The translations under genes and the position numbers were made by a program. This document shows, piece after piece, positions 24,627 through 35,500 of a stretch of DNA of 64,000 nt. This DNA comes from Anthoceros angustus. Lineage: Eukaryota; Plantae; Anthocerotophyta. Location: assembly GCA_010909165.1 (NCBI GenBank), contig MU008201.1:62001-126000 (forward strand). Direction: 5' to 3'. Under the pieces are notes generated by a model. That model did not search any database, was not told the DNA's origin, and worked only from the letters and a program-made list of their open reading frames with translations. Numbering within the stretch: position 1 is the first letter of the stretch; each line of letters opens with the position of its first letter.

Positions 24627-26717
24627 TCACAAAGCCTTGGATCCTGTAGGCTCAACGTCCTCATGCACACCATCCTGCTCTACATAGCTGACACCCATGA
24701 TATCAGTTTCTAGTTCCTGAATCAACTTCTCCATCATCCTCCTGTAAGTCGGCATGTAGTGGTCATGAATCATCATTCTGGACAGTCGAATCTTGCCGTA
24801 GAGTCCTCTGTGAGTCAAATACAATCCAATGATATCAGAACTTGTAGGGCCATCGTCATCTGTACAAGGCCCGCAAACCATGTGCATTATCCTTCCAGGA
24901 GGGAAGAAGCGATTATGTGAGCTGCTCGAGGCTGATGAGGAAACCGTAGGATCGGTGACGATGTTACTGTTACCATTGATGGTAGCATTATTTACAATGT
25001 CCACCTCCTCTTTGGTGATCTCCCTTGCAACCTCCTCTACTTCAGGACCAGCAAAGCTAGTGCCCTTGTCCCGTTGCCTTTCAATTTCATGCTCTATCTG
25101 CTGCCAGATATACTCCTCACTGGGGATATCTTCAACCCCGTGGTGGTTTTCCAGGTTTCCTTCCTCGTACTCATCTCTGAAATCCTGTCCGTACACACTC
25201 CCTTCGAAGGCTGAACCGGAAACCAGGTCACCAGTGCGTTTGACACCCCTGCACTCAACATCCTCACTGACCCATCCCTCGGGCCTCGCTGTCTCGGCAG
25301 AAGCACCAAGCTCATGCTCCATGGCACTTGTGGGTAGCAAAGACTCAGTCAGGCTGCTGTGTGATTCAACATGTTCACTGCGACATACTACAGCTTCTGC
25401 ATTGTCCTCCTCAAGTACAGCCTGATCCGAAGCAGCTGCAGACTTCACAGTAATTGACCTCCTGCGGGCACCCATGCAAGACCAGCCAACAAGCCCACCG
25501 GTTGACACAGGCCGCAAAATCGCACCAGCACTAGTGCGTGCCGCTTTTGCAACCGCAGCCGAATTGGGGTAGAGCTGAAACGACGCCTTCGAGATGCTTG
25601 CTATGGAATTCCCAAGAGCAGATGCAGAGCGCACCAAAGTTTTGAGAACCCTAGTACGCTCAATTTGCTCCCGGATGTCAGTGACCCACGCAGATCTCGA
25701 GGCCGTGACTTCAGCCCGCAGGTCATCCACAGAGGCAGCCGAAAACGTAGGCACTAGATCCGTACCATTTATAAACGACGTGACAAAAGGCAACCCCGAA
25801 ACTGCCAGCTCCCATGTCATGCACGCAGCAGGAGCAAAACAGATGCAATGAGCCGATCCAAATGCATCCTGTTCCCGAAGAATATAAGTCAGCAGAGCAG
25901 CAGTGCCTCCTCCAAGAGAATGCCCAACAATCTTCAAACTGTAAGAAGGATACTCTTTCAAAGCCTCCAAAAGCTTGGGTGTGGCATGCTGAGCAATCCA
26001 TCTGGCAGCCGCAACCATGCCACAGTGAGCATACCCAAGAACCAGACTCTGCACGCCGCCCTCATCAAGCACAGTGTGATGGAAAGGCACAACAGCCCCA
26101 GTCAGGGCAGTCAAGGTGTCCTTAATACTGTGTGTTCCCCTAATCAGCAGCAAAATGCACCCAGCCTCCTTATCCAGCAACACCGTAAACGCAGGCCGCA
26201 GCAGTCCCGCCTTCCCTTCCTGCACAAGCACATCCTCGCTCCCATACCCGCTCTTCTCCAAAAACCTAGGAAACGGGTTCTTCGAAAAGAGAATGCACAA
26301 ATTCAGCAACCTCAGCAGCTCCCTCAACTCCCCCAGCACCCGAGGCCCTCTCAGCTGGGTGGCATCCTCCAGATACACATCCGCCACCCGCAGATGGCTC
26401 TGCTTCCTCAACAGGTAGTTGATGCCGAATGCCAAATCCCCAATAGGCCACTTTCCCAACGTCTCTGCGTACGTGAACCTCAGCGTCTCCGTGATGGTGG
26501 AGATGGCCTCGTACCATGTAAAGGGCGCCCGCGCAGGCTTGGGAGGCTCAATCCTCCTGCGCAGCAATCCCGTCGTCTGCTCCTGCTCCTCCTTCTCATC
26601 TGCGCCTGCAGACGCCTCCGCATCCTCAGCCGCTTTCATTGCCCAGGGAATTCCCCACTTGGTGTAGTAGAACACCACCGCAGCCCCGGCTGCCGTCGCC
26701 ATCGCTGCAGCTGCCAT
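24627..26717 (-). CDS. Class-3 lipase (DAG-lipase-like), intronless, 696 aa
   Basis: GHSLGGG nucleophile elbow, LLIRGTHSIKDTLT, GYAHCGMVAAARWI, FINGTDLVP, and a C-terminal FFPPGRIMH...MIHDHYMPTY His block. Confidence 0.92.
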   Translation of the reverse strand: MAAAAMATAAGAAVVFYYTKWGIPWAMKAAEDAEASAGADEKEEQEQTTGLLRRRIEPPKPARAPFTWYEAISTITETLRFTYAETLGKWPIGDLAFGINYLLRKQSHLRVADVYLEDATQLRGPRVLGELRELLRLLNLCILFSKNPFPRFLEKSGYGSEDVLVQEGKAGLLRPAFTVLLDKEAGCILLLIRGTHSIKDTLTALTGAVVPFHHTVLDEGGVQSLVLGYAHCGMVAAARWIAQHATPKLLEALKEYPSYSLKIVGHSLGGGTAALLTYILREQDAFGSAHCICFAPAACMTWELAVSGLPFVTSFINGTDLVPTFSAASVDDLRAEVTASRSAWVTDIREQIERTRVLKTLVRSASALGNSIASISKASFQLYPNSAAVAKAARTSAGAILRPVSTGGLVGWSCMGARRRSITVKSAAASDQAVLEEDNAEAVVCRSEHVESHSSLTESLLPTSAMEHELGASAETARPEGWVSEDVECRGVKRTGDLVSGSAFEGSVYGQDFRDEYEEGNLENHHGVEDIPSEEYIWQQIEHEIERQRDKGTSFAGPEVEEVAREITKEEVDIVNNATINGNSNIVTDPTVSSSASSSSHNRFFPPGRIMHMVCGPCTDDDGPTSSDIIGLYLTHRGLYGKIRLSRMMIHDHYMPTYRRMMEKLIQELETDIMGVSYVEQDGVHEDVEPTGSKAL

Positions 26718-27132
26718 CCTGAGACATGAAACTCCCGAACCCTCTCACCACCTCCTCCACAATCAAAACCCACCACCACCACCAAAACCGATCAACCCAC
26801 CTCACACCGCAACAGCATCACATCCCGCATCAAATCCCTGCCCTGGATGCGTGGCGTGTAAGCATCGCAGCAGCAAGCAAAACACGTGGCGACCACAACG
26901 CCTACAGTAAACAGTGTCCCCTGGTGCCGATGGCCCCTGCCTTCTCACAAACATAGCTATGGCGGGCACCCAAGTACTTTCATAGGCTAAGCATATTCTC
27001 GGTACGATTCCATACTTCCTCACGACTCGCAGTACAGTACCGATAGGCAATGGACAGGAGGACCTCACCCTGTTCCGAGACTCGCCAGCCGTCGACGATC
27101 GCATGCCCATGCCGTATCGCATGCTGTGCTTG

Positions 27133-27199
27133 AAACCCTAGCCAACAAAACCCTAGACGTGATTAGAAACGCTAGCCAACAAAGCCTTGGAAACCCTAA
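27133..27199 (+). promoter_or_regulatory. Three telo-box (AAACCCTA) motifs between the divergent lipase and CaaX-protein genes
   Basis: AAACCCTAG at 27133 and 27148, AAACCCTAA at 27191. Telo-boxes are known plant promoter/5'UTR elements; function here is untested. Confidence 0.4.
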
Positions 27200-27391
27200 A
27201 CACGATTAGGCTCGTGTTTCTCAAGTCTTTCTGCTCGCGCTCTCGACCGAGCGTCTTGCAGAAGAGGAAGGGAAGGGTTGAGAAGACGAGAGCAAGAATG
27301 GGAATCAGCGCGGGCGATCGGCTTACCGCGCGGGCTTCGCTAAAATGGCTGCCGGGGTGGCGCATCGTACAGGCTGCAGAAGGAGACCACG

Positions 27392-27826
27392 ATGGCAGGA
27401 AATGTGTGCCTGGTGTGCCAGTGCGAGCTCGCGTGCCCTGTGTGCGACAAGGATGGAAGAAAAGGATCGCGGGGGAGCCTGATGTCGTGCTTCGGCGGCC
27501 GGGGCGGGGTGGTGTGCGAGCGAGATGCAGGGCATTCTCTGCAAGACAGTCTCTGCTGCTCGCGCTGCTACGTTAGGGCAAGGCAGGATCTGGACGACCA
27601 GTGGAACAGGAGCGAGCGGCTGAGATCGGAGCTGGTGCTGCTCAGGAACTTGCCTTCATCCAACCCTGTTACCTCTCCCACTTCCATCGCCCTTGCTCTG
27701 CACCGGCCCAAGCCTCCGCGCGCTACCGTTCCGATACCTGCGGCCACTGTCGCCGCTGCTGCTGCCGCTCCCGAACCCCGGCGCGGTGCTATTGCGGAGA
27801 GGAAGCAGGACTGCACCATCTTGTGA
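27392..27826 (+). CDS. Uncharacterised 144-aa Cys-rich protein with a C-terminal CaaX motif (CTIL)
   Basis: ATG-to-stop ORF with CLVC, CPVC and CCSRC motifs, a short heptad-like segment, a Pro/Ala-rich linker and a terminal RKQDCTIL*. Head-to-head with the lipase gene. Confidence 0.6.
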   Translation: MAGNVCLVCQCELACPVCDKDGRKGSRGSLMSCFGGRGGVVCERDAGHSLQDSLCCSRCYVRARQDLDDQWNRSERLRSELVLLRNLPSSNPVTSPTSIALALHRPKPPRATVPIPAATVAAAAAAPEPRRGAIAERKQDCTIL

Positions 27827-29189
27827 CCCAGGTTGTTCTCTGTCCGGCTATGCTGCATCAGGTACTCTCCTCGGTCTTGCAGGTGCCCCAATCCGCACAA
27901 TGCTGAATTCTGCTCCTCGTACCCCCGAGACACATCAACTCAGGATTCATCCTTCATCGATTCCAAGACATCCGTCCAGGCAAGGAGGCACAGTCACTCG
28001 GTGGTCTGAGAACAATGTACTTTGTCCTTTCTGCGCTTCATGTTCTCCCGCTGCTTCCCATCCAATATGCTTCGGACCCTCAATCCTGGAGCCTCGTGCT
28101 TCGCGTGAGCTCACCGTCGACCAATGCAGCCAAAGATCAAGTTATTGTCATCTTCAAACTCTTCCTTTGAGAAGAACATTTTGAGTCAATGTACATGTGC
28201 TTGTATCCCGCCGCCTGGAGGCTGGAGCCACCATGCCGGATTCCCACTCTTCTTTACAAAGTTCTGCCATTAAAATCCGTTCGATGCTACAGAACGATCG
28301 ACTGCGGAACTGGATTCTCAGAACCTCCAACATGGACTCAGTCCCGTTTCTCTGAAGCTTTCTCCTTTGTTCAAATAATGGGTCGTTCCATTCTTTCTGA
28401 GACTGAATTCACACTTCTCATCATCTGATTAATCGAATAATACAGATTAAAACACGCAGAACATATTCCTATGTGAATGCGTATCATGAATCGTGCGTAT
28501 GGTACATGGCAAACGGTCATGCTTAATTGACGTTGCGCGCTCTATGATGTGAGGCCAACGGGACTGCGGCACGTTGATCGTCCGTACCAGGATCACGGGT
28601 GGTCCAGGAGCGTATCAGGAGGTACCAGCTGGCGGAGTAGGTGGCGACCGGGAGCAGCCGGGCCCGGGGGATATTAAGTGCCACGAACCGGCTGCGTGGC
28701 GGTGTGCCGGTCGCTGAACCAACGGGACGCGTGGCGGAATTGGCCCCTATGCGGCGAAACTGAATCCAACCTCGAGGTGACCGCTCAGTCTAGTCGCTTA
28801 GGGTTAGGAAGGCGAAACGGCGAAAACGCAGCTTCCTCGTGGCGTTGCGCGGGGAGCAGTTGCGTCGCGTTTCGCAACTGTTGCCCCTCGCGGCGGCTTC
28901 GCTTCCCGTTCTGCCAACCTCCCCTTCTTTCCTTCTTCCCCTGCCGGGCCGCTGGCTACAAAAAGGCTGGGCCGCCCTTGCTTCCTCACAGCCGATCCAT
29001 TTGCTTGGCTTTCCCGTTGCGAGTGCTGCGTTCGTCTTTGAGCGGAATTAAGCATTGAGCTGCTTGTTGTGTGGATTTGGCGGGAAATCGTGTGCGGCTC
29101 CGGGCGCTGGTGTGGTGTAGGCATTGCTGGTGGAATCAGGCTTGGCTCGAGGTTGCTCCTGCGGTTTCTGTGAGCGGAATTGGGCCAGG

Positions 29190-29504
29190 ATGGAAGCGGC
29201 GGTGCAAAGAGTGGCTCTGATCTTGCTGTTCGCGCACCTGTTGGTGAGCGGGAGCGCATTTGAGAGCCGGAAGTTGCTGAGGCGAGGATGTCCCTGCGGA
29301 GATGCGTATGTGGTGAAGGACGGAGAGACTCTGCAGAGCATCAGCGAGAAGTGCAACGATCCGTTTCTTCTCGTGGACAATCCGCAGATCGAGGAGTCGG
29401 ATGACCTGTCTGCTGGCGCCGTGCTCAAGGTGCAGTGCTCTCAGAAAGGCATCAGCCTGTGCGACTTCGCAGGCCTGCTGCCGGCCAAGCTCTGCCAAAG
29501 CTGA
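29190..29504 (+). CDS. Small secreted single-LysM-domain protein, 104 aa
   Basis: Hydrophobic signal peptide followed by CGDAYVVKDGETLQSISEKCNDPFLLVDNPQIEESDDLSAGAVLKV, the plant small-LysM pattern C..YVVxxGETLxxIsxKCxDPF...NP. Confidence 0.88.
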   Translation: MEAAVQRVALILLFAHLLVSGSAFESRKLLRRGCPCGDAYVVKDGETLQSISEKCNDPFLLVDNPQIEESDDLSAGAVLKVQCSQKGISLCDFAGLLPAKLCQS

Positions 29505-30690
29505 GGCGCTTGGTCTATGGCAGTCGATGGAGCGGCACCGTCGAGTTTTTGTTCAATTATGCATTAGGCTTGAGGATGTGCCGAGCGCGCTGATCGGCCT
29601 CGTTGTGCGGTAGGAAATAATTGCTTGTAGGTAGCAGAACAAGCTCCTCTTGCAAATCTGTACAGATGAGGTCAGGAAGTCCGGAGTTTTCCGGTTTGCA
29701 TGCCACTGGTAGGAAGCGCTTACAGGCGCTAGACGGTGTTTACAGGGGGGAGTGTCCCCGAGGGGAGCTTGATGCGGCTGGGGCCGGGGATAGATAAGTT
29801 GCAGAGTGACATCCCTATGATGTTGTTACTGCTGCGAGTGAGGCCGACACGGATCCCGTGCGCTCAGTGCCTCCTCTCGCGATAGGCTATTCAATACCAG
29901 ACTGAACAGGAGACATGTAGAGGACGCAGTACATAGGACAGACTTGTCTGCAGCATCCCAATCCAATTAGAGGCTGTACAGTGTTGTGTATATTTATTGA
30001 GCCCGGCATCATTCGTGCCTGTGGCCCTCTGCAACAGTAGCGGAATTTTTTGAAGCTTTGCGATTTGTGCCAAACATGACCTTTTCCATAGATTCCTCAT
30101 CTTGAGAGGCATCACAGGGTGATCCTAACTGTGCTTCGAATTTCGCTCCCGGCTGTAGCAGGATAGCAGTGCCACAGGAGCCTGCTGCAGCCGACTGTTC
30201 AGGATCAGTCCCTAATCACAAAGCCGCCAAACGGAGGTGACAAAATTTCCTAGCTGCAATTGTCTCTCGGTCTCGCAAGTCGGTCATCACAGCGTACATA
30301 TATGTGTGGTAGGTCAACTGTCAATGTGCAACCGTCAACTAGAACCCGAGTGCTTGCGGATGGTGTGGGCAGCCAACTTTGTTTGCAAGTGCAACCGTCG
30401 CCGAGGACCCCTTGACTCTCCAGTCTCCAGTCTCCAGTCTTTTCAAACCCGTGTTCAGGTCCGAGCCCGACCCCGACCCCGACCCCGACCCCGAGTCCAG
30501 TTAGTCGTCCCAGTCAGATTTCTTCCTAAGTGGCTAGTAGGAATAAAAAATGCGGGAAGGAAAAGTATTTAATTATAAGGCTTTCATGTACGTAAACGAC
30601 AAGGACCGTGTACATAGGTACATACTAGGTATAGAAACGACAAGGGTTCAGGGGTTAAGGTTTTATTGACGTCTCGCGCGGAAAGAACTC

Positions 30691-31556
30691 CCCGTCGCCT
30701 AAGGCTAACGCAAACTTAATGAACCCTGCCATTCGTACCGCCCGTGTGGCCACCCACCCCGATGCAAAGCCGAGAGGCATGAGGCCGGCATGCGGGCATG
30801 CTTCTCTTTCTTTCCGCCGTCTCCTTCTCCGGCAACGGGGCGTCCGTCGTCGCTCCTCTCAACGGCTCCGTCCGCGCTCCTCTCATGGTCACCCATCTCT
30901 GGTCTCAATCTGTTCACCAAGCACTCGATCACGAACTCCCACTGTCCTGTTCATTTTGAACATACTGTAATAGATTATGTTTTCTCACCTGCAATAAAAT
31001 CAGCTACACGGTCAGTAGGAATGTAAGCGCGCTTCACATTCATGTGCATTTTCATCTTCGTCGATGATTGCCTACAGCCTATGACAAATGCTCCTTGGTG
31101 AAGATGTCGGGCTCCGGTGTCTGCACTTGAGTGTGAGGCAAATGTTCCATTCCGCTGACATCACAATTTTGGAGAGACTACCGCCGCTTGCTCGATCGTG
31201 CATCAAGCTTCCTCCGAATCGAGCCGCATTAGAACGGGTTATAAATACTTGAAACGTTCGTTTTGGCGCGCATAAGGAACGAGCAGGGATGGGGAAACAA
31301 AGTTGAGACCACGACGGGTGAGCGTGCGGAAGGACGGCGTTGAAAGGAGCGGACGGGAGCCGTTGAGAGGAGGTGGAGAGAGCCGTTGAGAGGAGAGATG
31401 ACGGACGCCCCGCTGCTTGTAAGGGAGACACCGGAAGAAAGAGAGGCATGCCCGCATGCCGGCCTCATGCCTCTCGGCTCTGCATCGGGGTGCGTGGCCA
31501 CACGGGCGGTACGAATGGCAGGGCTCATTAAGTTTGCGTTAGCCTTAGGCGACGGG
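30691..31556 (-). mobile_element. Non-autonomous Mutator-like element (MULE) with long TIRs
   Basis: TIRs begin CCCGTCGCCTAAGGCTAACGCAAACTTAATG; ~120 bp with 4 mismatches, weaker to ~190 bp. 9-bp TSD AAAGAACTC at 30682-30690 and 31557-31565. Internal SWIM-family N-terminal remnant at 30984-31150 on the minus strand. Confidence 0.92.
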
Positions 31557-32528
31557 AAAGAACTCACTCGAGGGACAGCACTACAAAACACGAAAGAGTG
31601 CATGATCAACTCAAGTTTGTTTGCAGGTTGGGTAATCTTCGTGCAATCAGTTGAGAATGCCTTATTGCTAAAGTCACGATCAAGTTTATTAAAGAAAATT
31701 ATGTAACCCATCTTTTTATATTGTATGATTTTCAATCTTATATTTTTTTAGAATTTTATTTTCACTTGCATTGGTACTTTCATCGGGGGATGGGATCTGT
31801 TCTTTTTCTATATGTTTCCTAACCATGCAGAATACGGTGAGGCCAAAATATTCAATGAAAGAGTTGTCTGCCAAAATATTCAACATTCTTCGAGGAGCTT
31901 AGGGATGCTGGCGGCGTCCTGGGGAGCCTTATATCTTTTGTCCGGTGCTTCTACGGGAGGTCCTCCAACCTCTACTACCACATAGCGTCTCTGGATTTTT
32001 GCCTCTGTCTTGGAATCGGCCACAGGTACCAGGCAAGGCGACCCCCTGGGCGGTGCTCTCTTCGCCATTACTCATTATAGGGCCCTGTCTAGGGCCGCCT
32101 TCTCAACGCGCGACTGTGTCTTCCCTTCGCTGGCAGACGACTCTCACATCCTCGGGCCTGGGGACAAAGGCAAGGAGGCCTTTGAGCTCTTCTCTCATGA
32201 GCTTTCTTTGGTGGGCTTGAAGTCAAGCCGCCCAGTCTGCCTAGTCTCCGTGGGATTCTACCTGCTGCTTCCACTCTTGGGGACATCACAGGCTCGGGGC
32301 TTTTGAGTGCCCTATGGGCCGTCTACTGGCAAGGCCCCACTGTGCAATTTGGAGGCACAGGTCTACTCTCGCTGGAGGTCTCTTCCCTGGCGGCTTTCTT
32401 GGGGAGTTGGGCCCTCTCTGTCCCTGCTTTGGCTTATCGGTTTATCCTCCATGATAGGCCCTTTCTGGAGGATCTCGTATCAGGTGTGGAGGAGGGAACC
32501 TTCTCTCTCCAAACGTCCTTGAAGCAAG

Positions 32529-35500
32529 CACTAGTATAAACATGGTGTTCATATTATGGTGTTTTATAACGGGTTTCTGGTTTTTTGTAACGTTTATGAC
32601 GATTTTGTAACATGTCCCAGGCCGGGTCCCGCTCCTGGGATCTGTTACAAAACCTGTAACATGAAGGTCGTGATAACCAATTTTGTTACACAATTTAGGC
32701 CCGATTTCAGGGCTGGAGGCAAGTTTGGTACCTCGCTTTGTCAAAGTTTGTGGCTGTGTTGGCCACACATTAATGACCCATCAATTTTTCTTTCAAAGTT
32801 CACATGCGCCTGATATCCTCCATCTGCTGCCGAATCTTTCCAACCGTGCGTACGTCTGGCACTTCCGGCGGGATGCAACGGGTCATGTCCCGACAATTGG
32901 CCACTGCCTGCCCGGACATGTGGCATGTACATCCTCCAGGCCCCATGTACGCCTTCGTGTGTTCGCGCCGATCGTCCGACCAGTATGTCGACGATGCCTT
33001 CATGTCCACGTCATTCCATACATCCGTGGGTCATACGAAGCTGATGCAATACAGAAAGTCGCGTTTTTTCCGATCAAAAAATACAATATACCAGGGGTTA
33101 CACCAACTGCAAAGCACCATGTCCATGACATTGGACGTGTTTTTAGTTTCTACGGCCTCTAGATCTAATCATACTCCCGTACGGCGTATTTGACCGCTGT
33201 CCCGCTCATGACACTTTTGCGGCCTTTGGCTCTTTTCTGTTTCCGTGCTACAGGCTGTGCTGCTTTCCGCTTTGTTCCTTTCCATCGTTGGTCCTCTTCG
33301 GCGGATGATTGCAGGCCCTACACATCGACGTCGTCTATGACCCTGCCTGCATAAGAAGGAACATCAGTCCAGAACTAACAGGCAGCCCAAACCTCATGAG
33401 TCCGTCACTACATCTCACCCTAGACCCGCGCATCTGTCCTTCCCCTTCGACGCCGAGGCCTTTGTCTTGACTGCCGCTGCTCGGGCCCTCGTCATTCTGC
33501 CTTCAGCCTCAAGGACGTAGCCACCTCCTCTCGGCGCTGGTTTTGCTATCGCGTTCCGAGAATGACTATACACTTCCAGGAAATCGTCGTTGTCTGATGC
33601 CGATTTCCCTCCACCCAGTGACTCCTATGTGCAAGGTGAAGGATCGTGGGGCAGCCATGCTGGTGGAAAGAGGAGAGGAGAGGAGGAGGCAAGAGTAGCT
33701 CTCTCACATTGAGATGAGGCTTGGAGGTATTTATACCTCCAATAGGCTCCCTAGGAAGCTCCACAAGAAGCCCTAGGAAGGAGCACAAGAAGCTTCCTAG
33801 TGATTAGCTTAAGCTAAACTAATGATACTTAATCGACACCTAACTTAGACTAAGTGTATTAGTCTAAGTACATTGGGCTTTAATACCCTTACAACCTCCC
33901 ACTTAAAGGCCAATTTACCTTCAGAGAGAATGGACTATCTCATGCCCATCGCTGTCCGAGCTTGTGCAAATTGTCGTAGAGAGTCCCTTGGTAAGAATAT
34001 CTCAGGTTCGCCGGTGTGAACCTTGACAAGTTGTACCCTCTTGTCGTCCAACACCTCTCGAATGAAGTGATACTTCACATCCACATGTTTAGTCTTCGCA
34101 TGAAACATCGGATTCTTTGCCAATTGATAGCACTGCTATCACAATGCAACACCTCAACCTTGATCCCCAAGTCTCCCACTAAACGAGCAAGCCATATGGC
34201 TTCCTTGCAAGCCTCGATTCGCAACATACTCGGCCTGTGGTAGATAGCGAATGCACGATCGCAAACGAGATCGCCATGAGATCGCCTCCAAAGGCACGTG
34301 AAGACATAACTGATGTGGACCTCCTTTTGTCCATATCCTCGATAATCGATCTGTACCCAACCACACATGCATCTTCACTACCAAAACATATGCACAAAGC
34401 TTTTGTACCATTCGATACCTCATAACTCCTTTTATCGCCTCCCAATGCTTCTTGCCGTGGTTTGACATAAACTCGCTAACCACTCCCACCGCAAAGGCAA
34501 TGTCGGACGTAGCAATCATTGCATACATCAAACTCCCTACGGTGATGAGTATGGGACCTTCTCCATTTCAGCTTTTGTCCTCCTCGTAGCTTGGGCAATC
34601 CGCTTGAAAGTTTCACATATGGAGGCAATGGAGTACCCAATGGCTTCCCTTCTCCATGTTGAAACGTTGAAGCACCTCTAATGTATTCCGTCGAGACAAA
34701 TAAAGCGACGCTTATGTCTGCTCCGAATCACGCATGCCAAGTATATGGCTCGCCTCCCAAGTCTCGCTATTTCAAAGTGAGCATTCAACTTTGACTTCAA
34801 CAAATCTCATCAAGACTGCTCCAAAGAATTAGCATATCATCCACATAGAGGATCAAAATGAGCAAGCTTTGATCCTTAGCTTGCTTCGTATAGAGGCAAT
34901 GATCCTCATCGCTACGTGTGTAGCCTTGAGAAAGCATAAATGAGTTGAAGGATCGTGGGGCAGCCATGCTGGTGGAAAGAGGAGAGGAGAGGCGGAGGCA
35001 AGAGTAGCTCTCTCACATTAAGATGAGGCTTGGAGGGTATTTATACCCTCCAAGAAGGCTCCCTAGGAAGCTCCACAAGAAGCTCCTAGGAAGGAGCACA
35101 AGAAGCTTCCTAGTGATTAGCTTAAGCTAAACTAATAATACTTAACTGACACCTAACTTAGACTAAGTGTATTAGTCTAAGTACATTGGGCTTTAATACC
35201 CTTACACAAGGGTGTGAGATGCCAATACTTTTTCCATTCTCCCCGTTGTCTGCCCCCATTCGCATCGCCCCTTTCTCGCACACTCTCTCGCCTCCAAAGA
35301 CCTCGTCCTCGGAATTTGTTCGATCGCATGCGTACCTATTCCGAATAAAGTGCCTGGCCGATCTTGTAAGCGTGGAGGTTTTTGAAGGCGAGTTTCTTGT
35401 GCACACTTCAAGTCAAAAACTTGGTGTGTGATGCATGCTTCGCCACACGGCAGTATAGGAAAAGGTAATAACCCTCACACCGCCAAAATCAGCACGAAAT

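Noticed and set aside
24829-26729. 198-aa and 293-aa plus-strand ORFs antisense to the lipase
   Set aside because: Antisense shadows with low-complexity composition and no domain.
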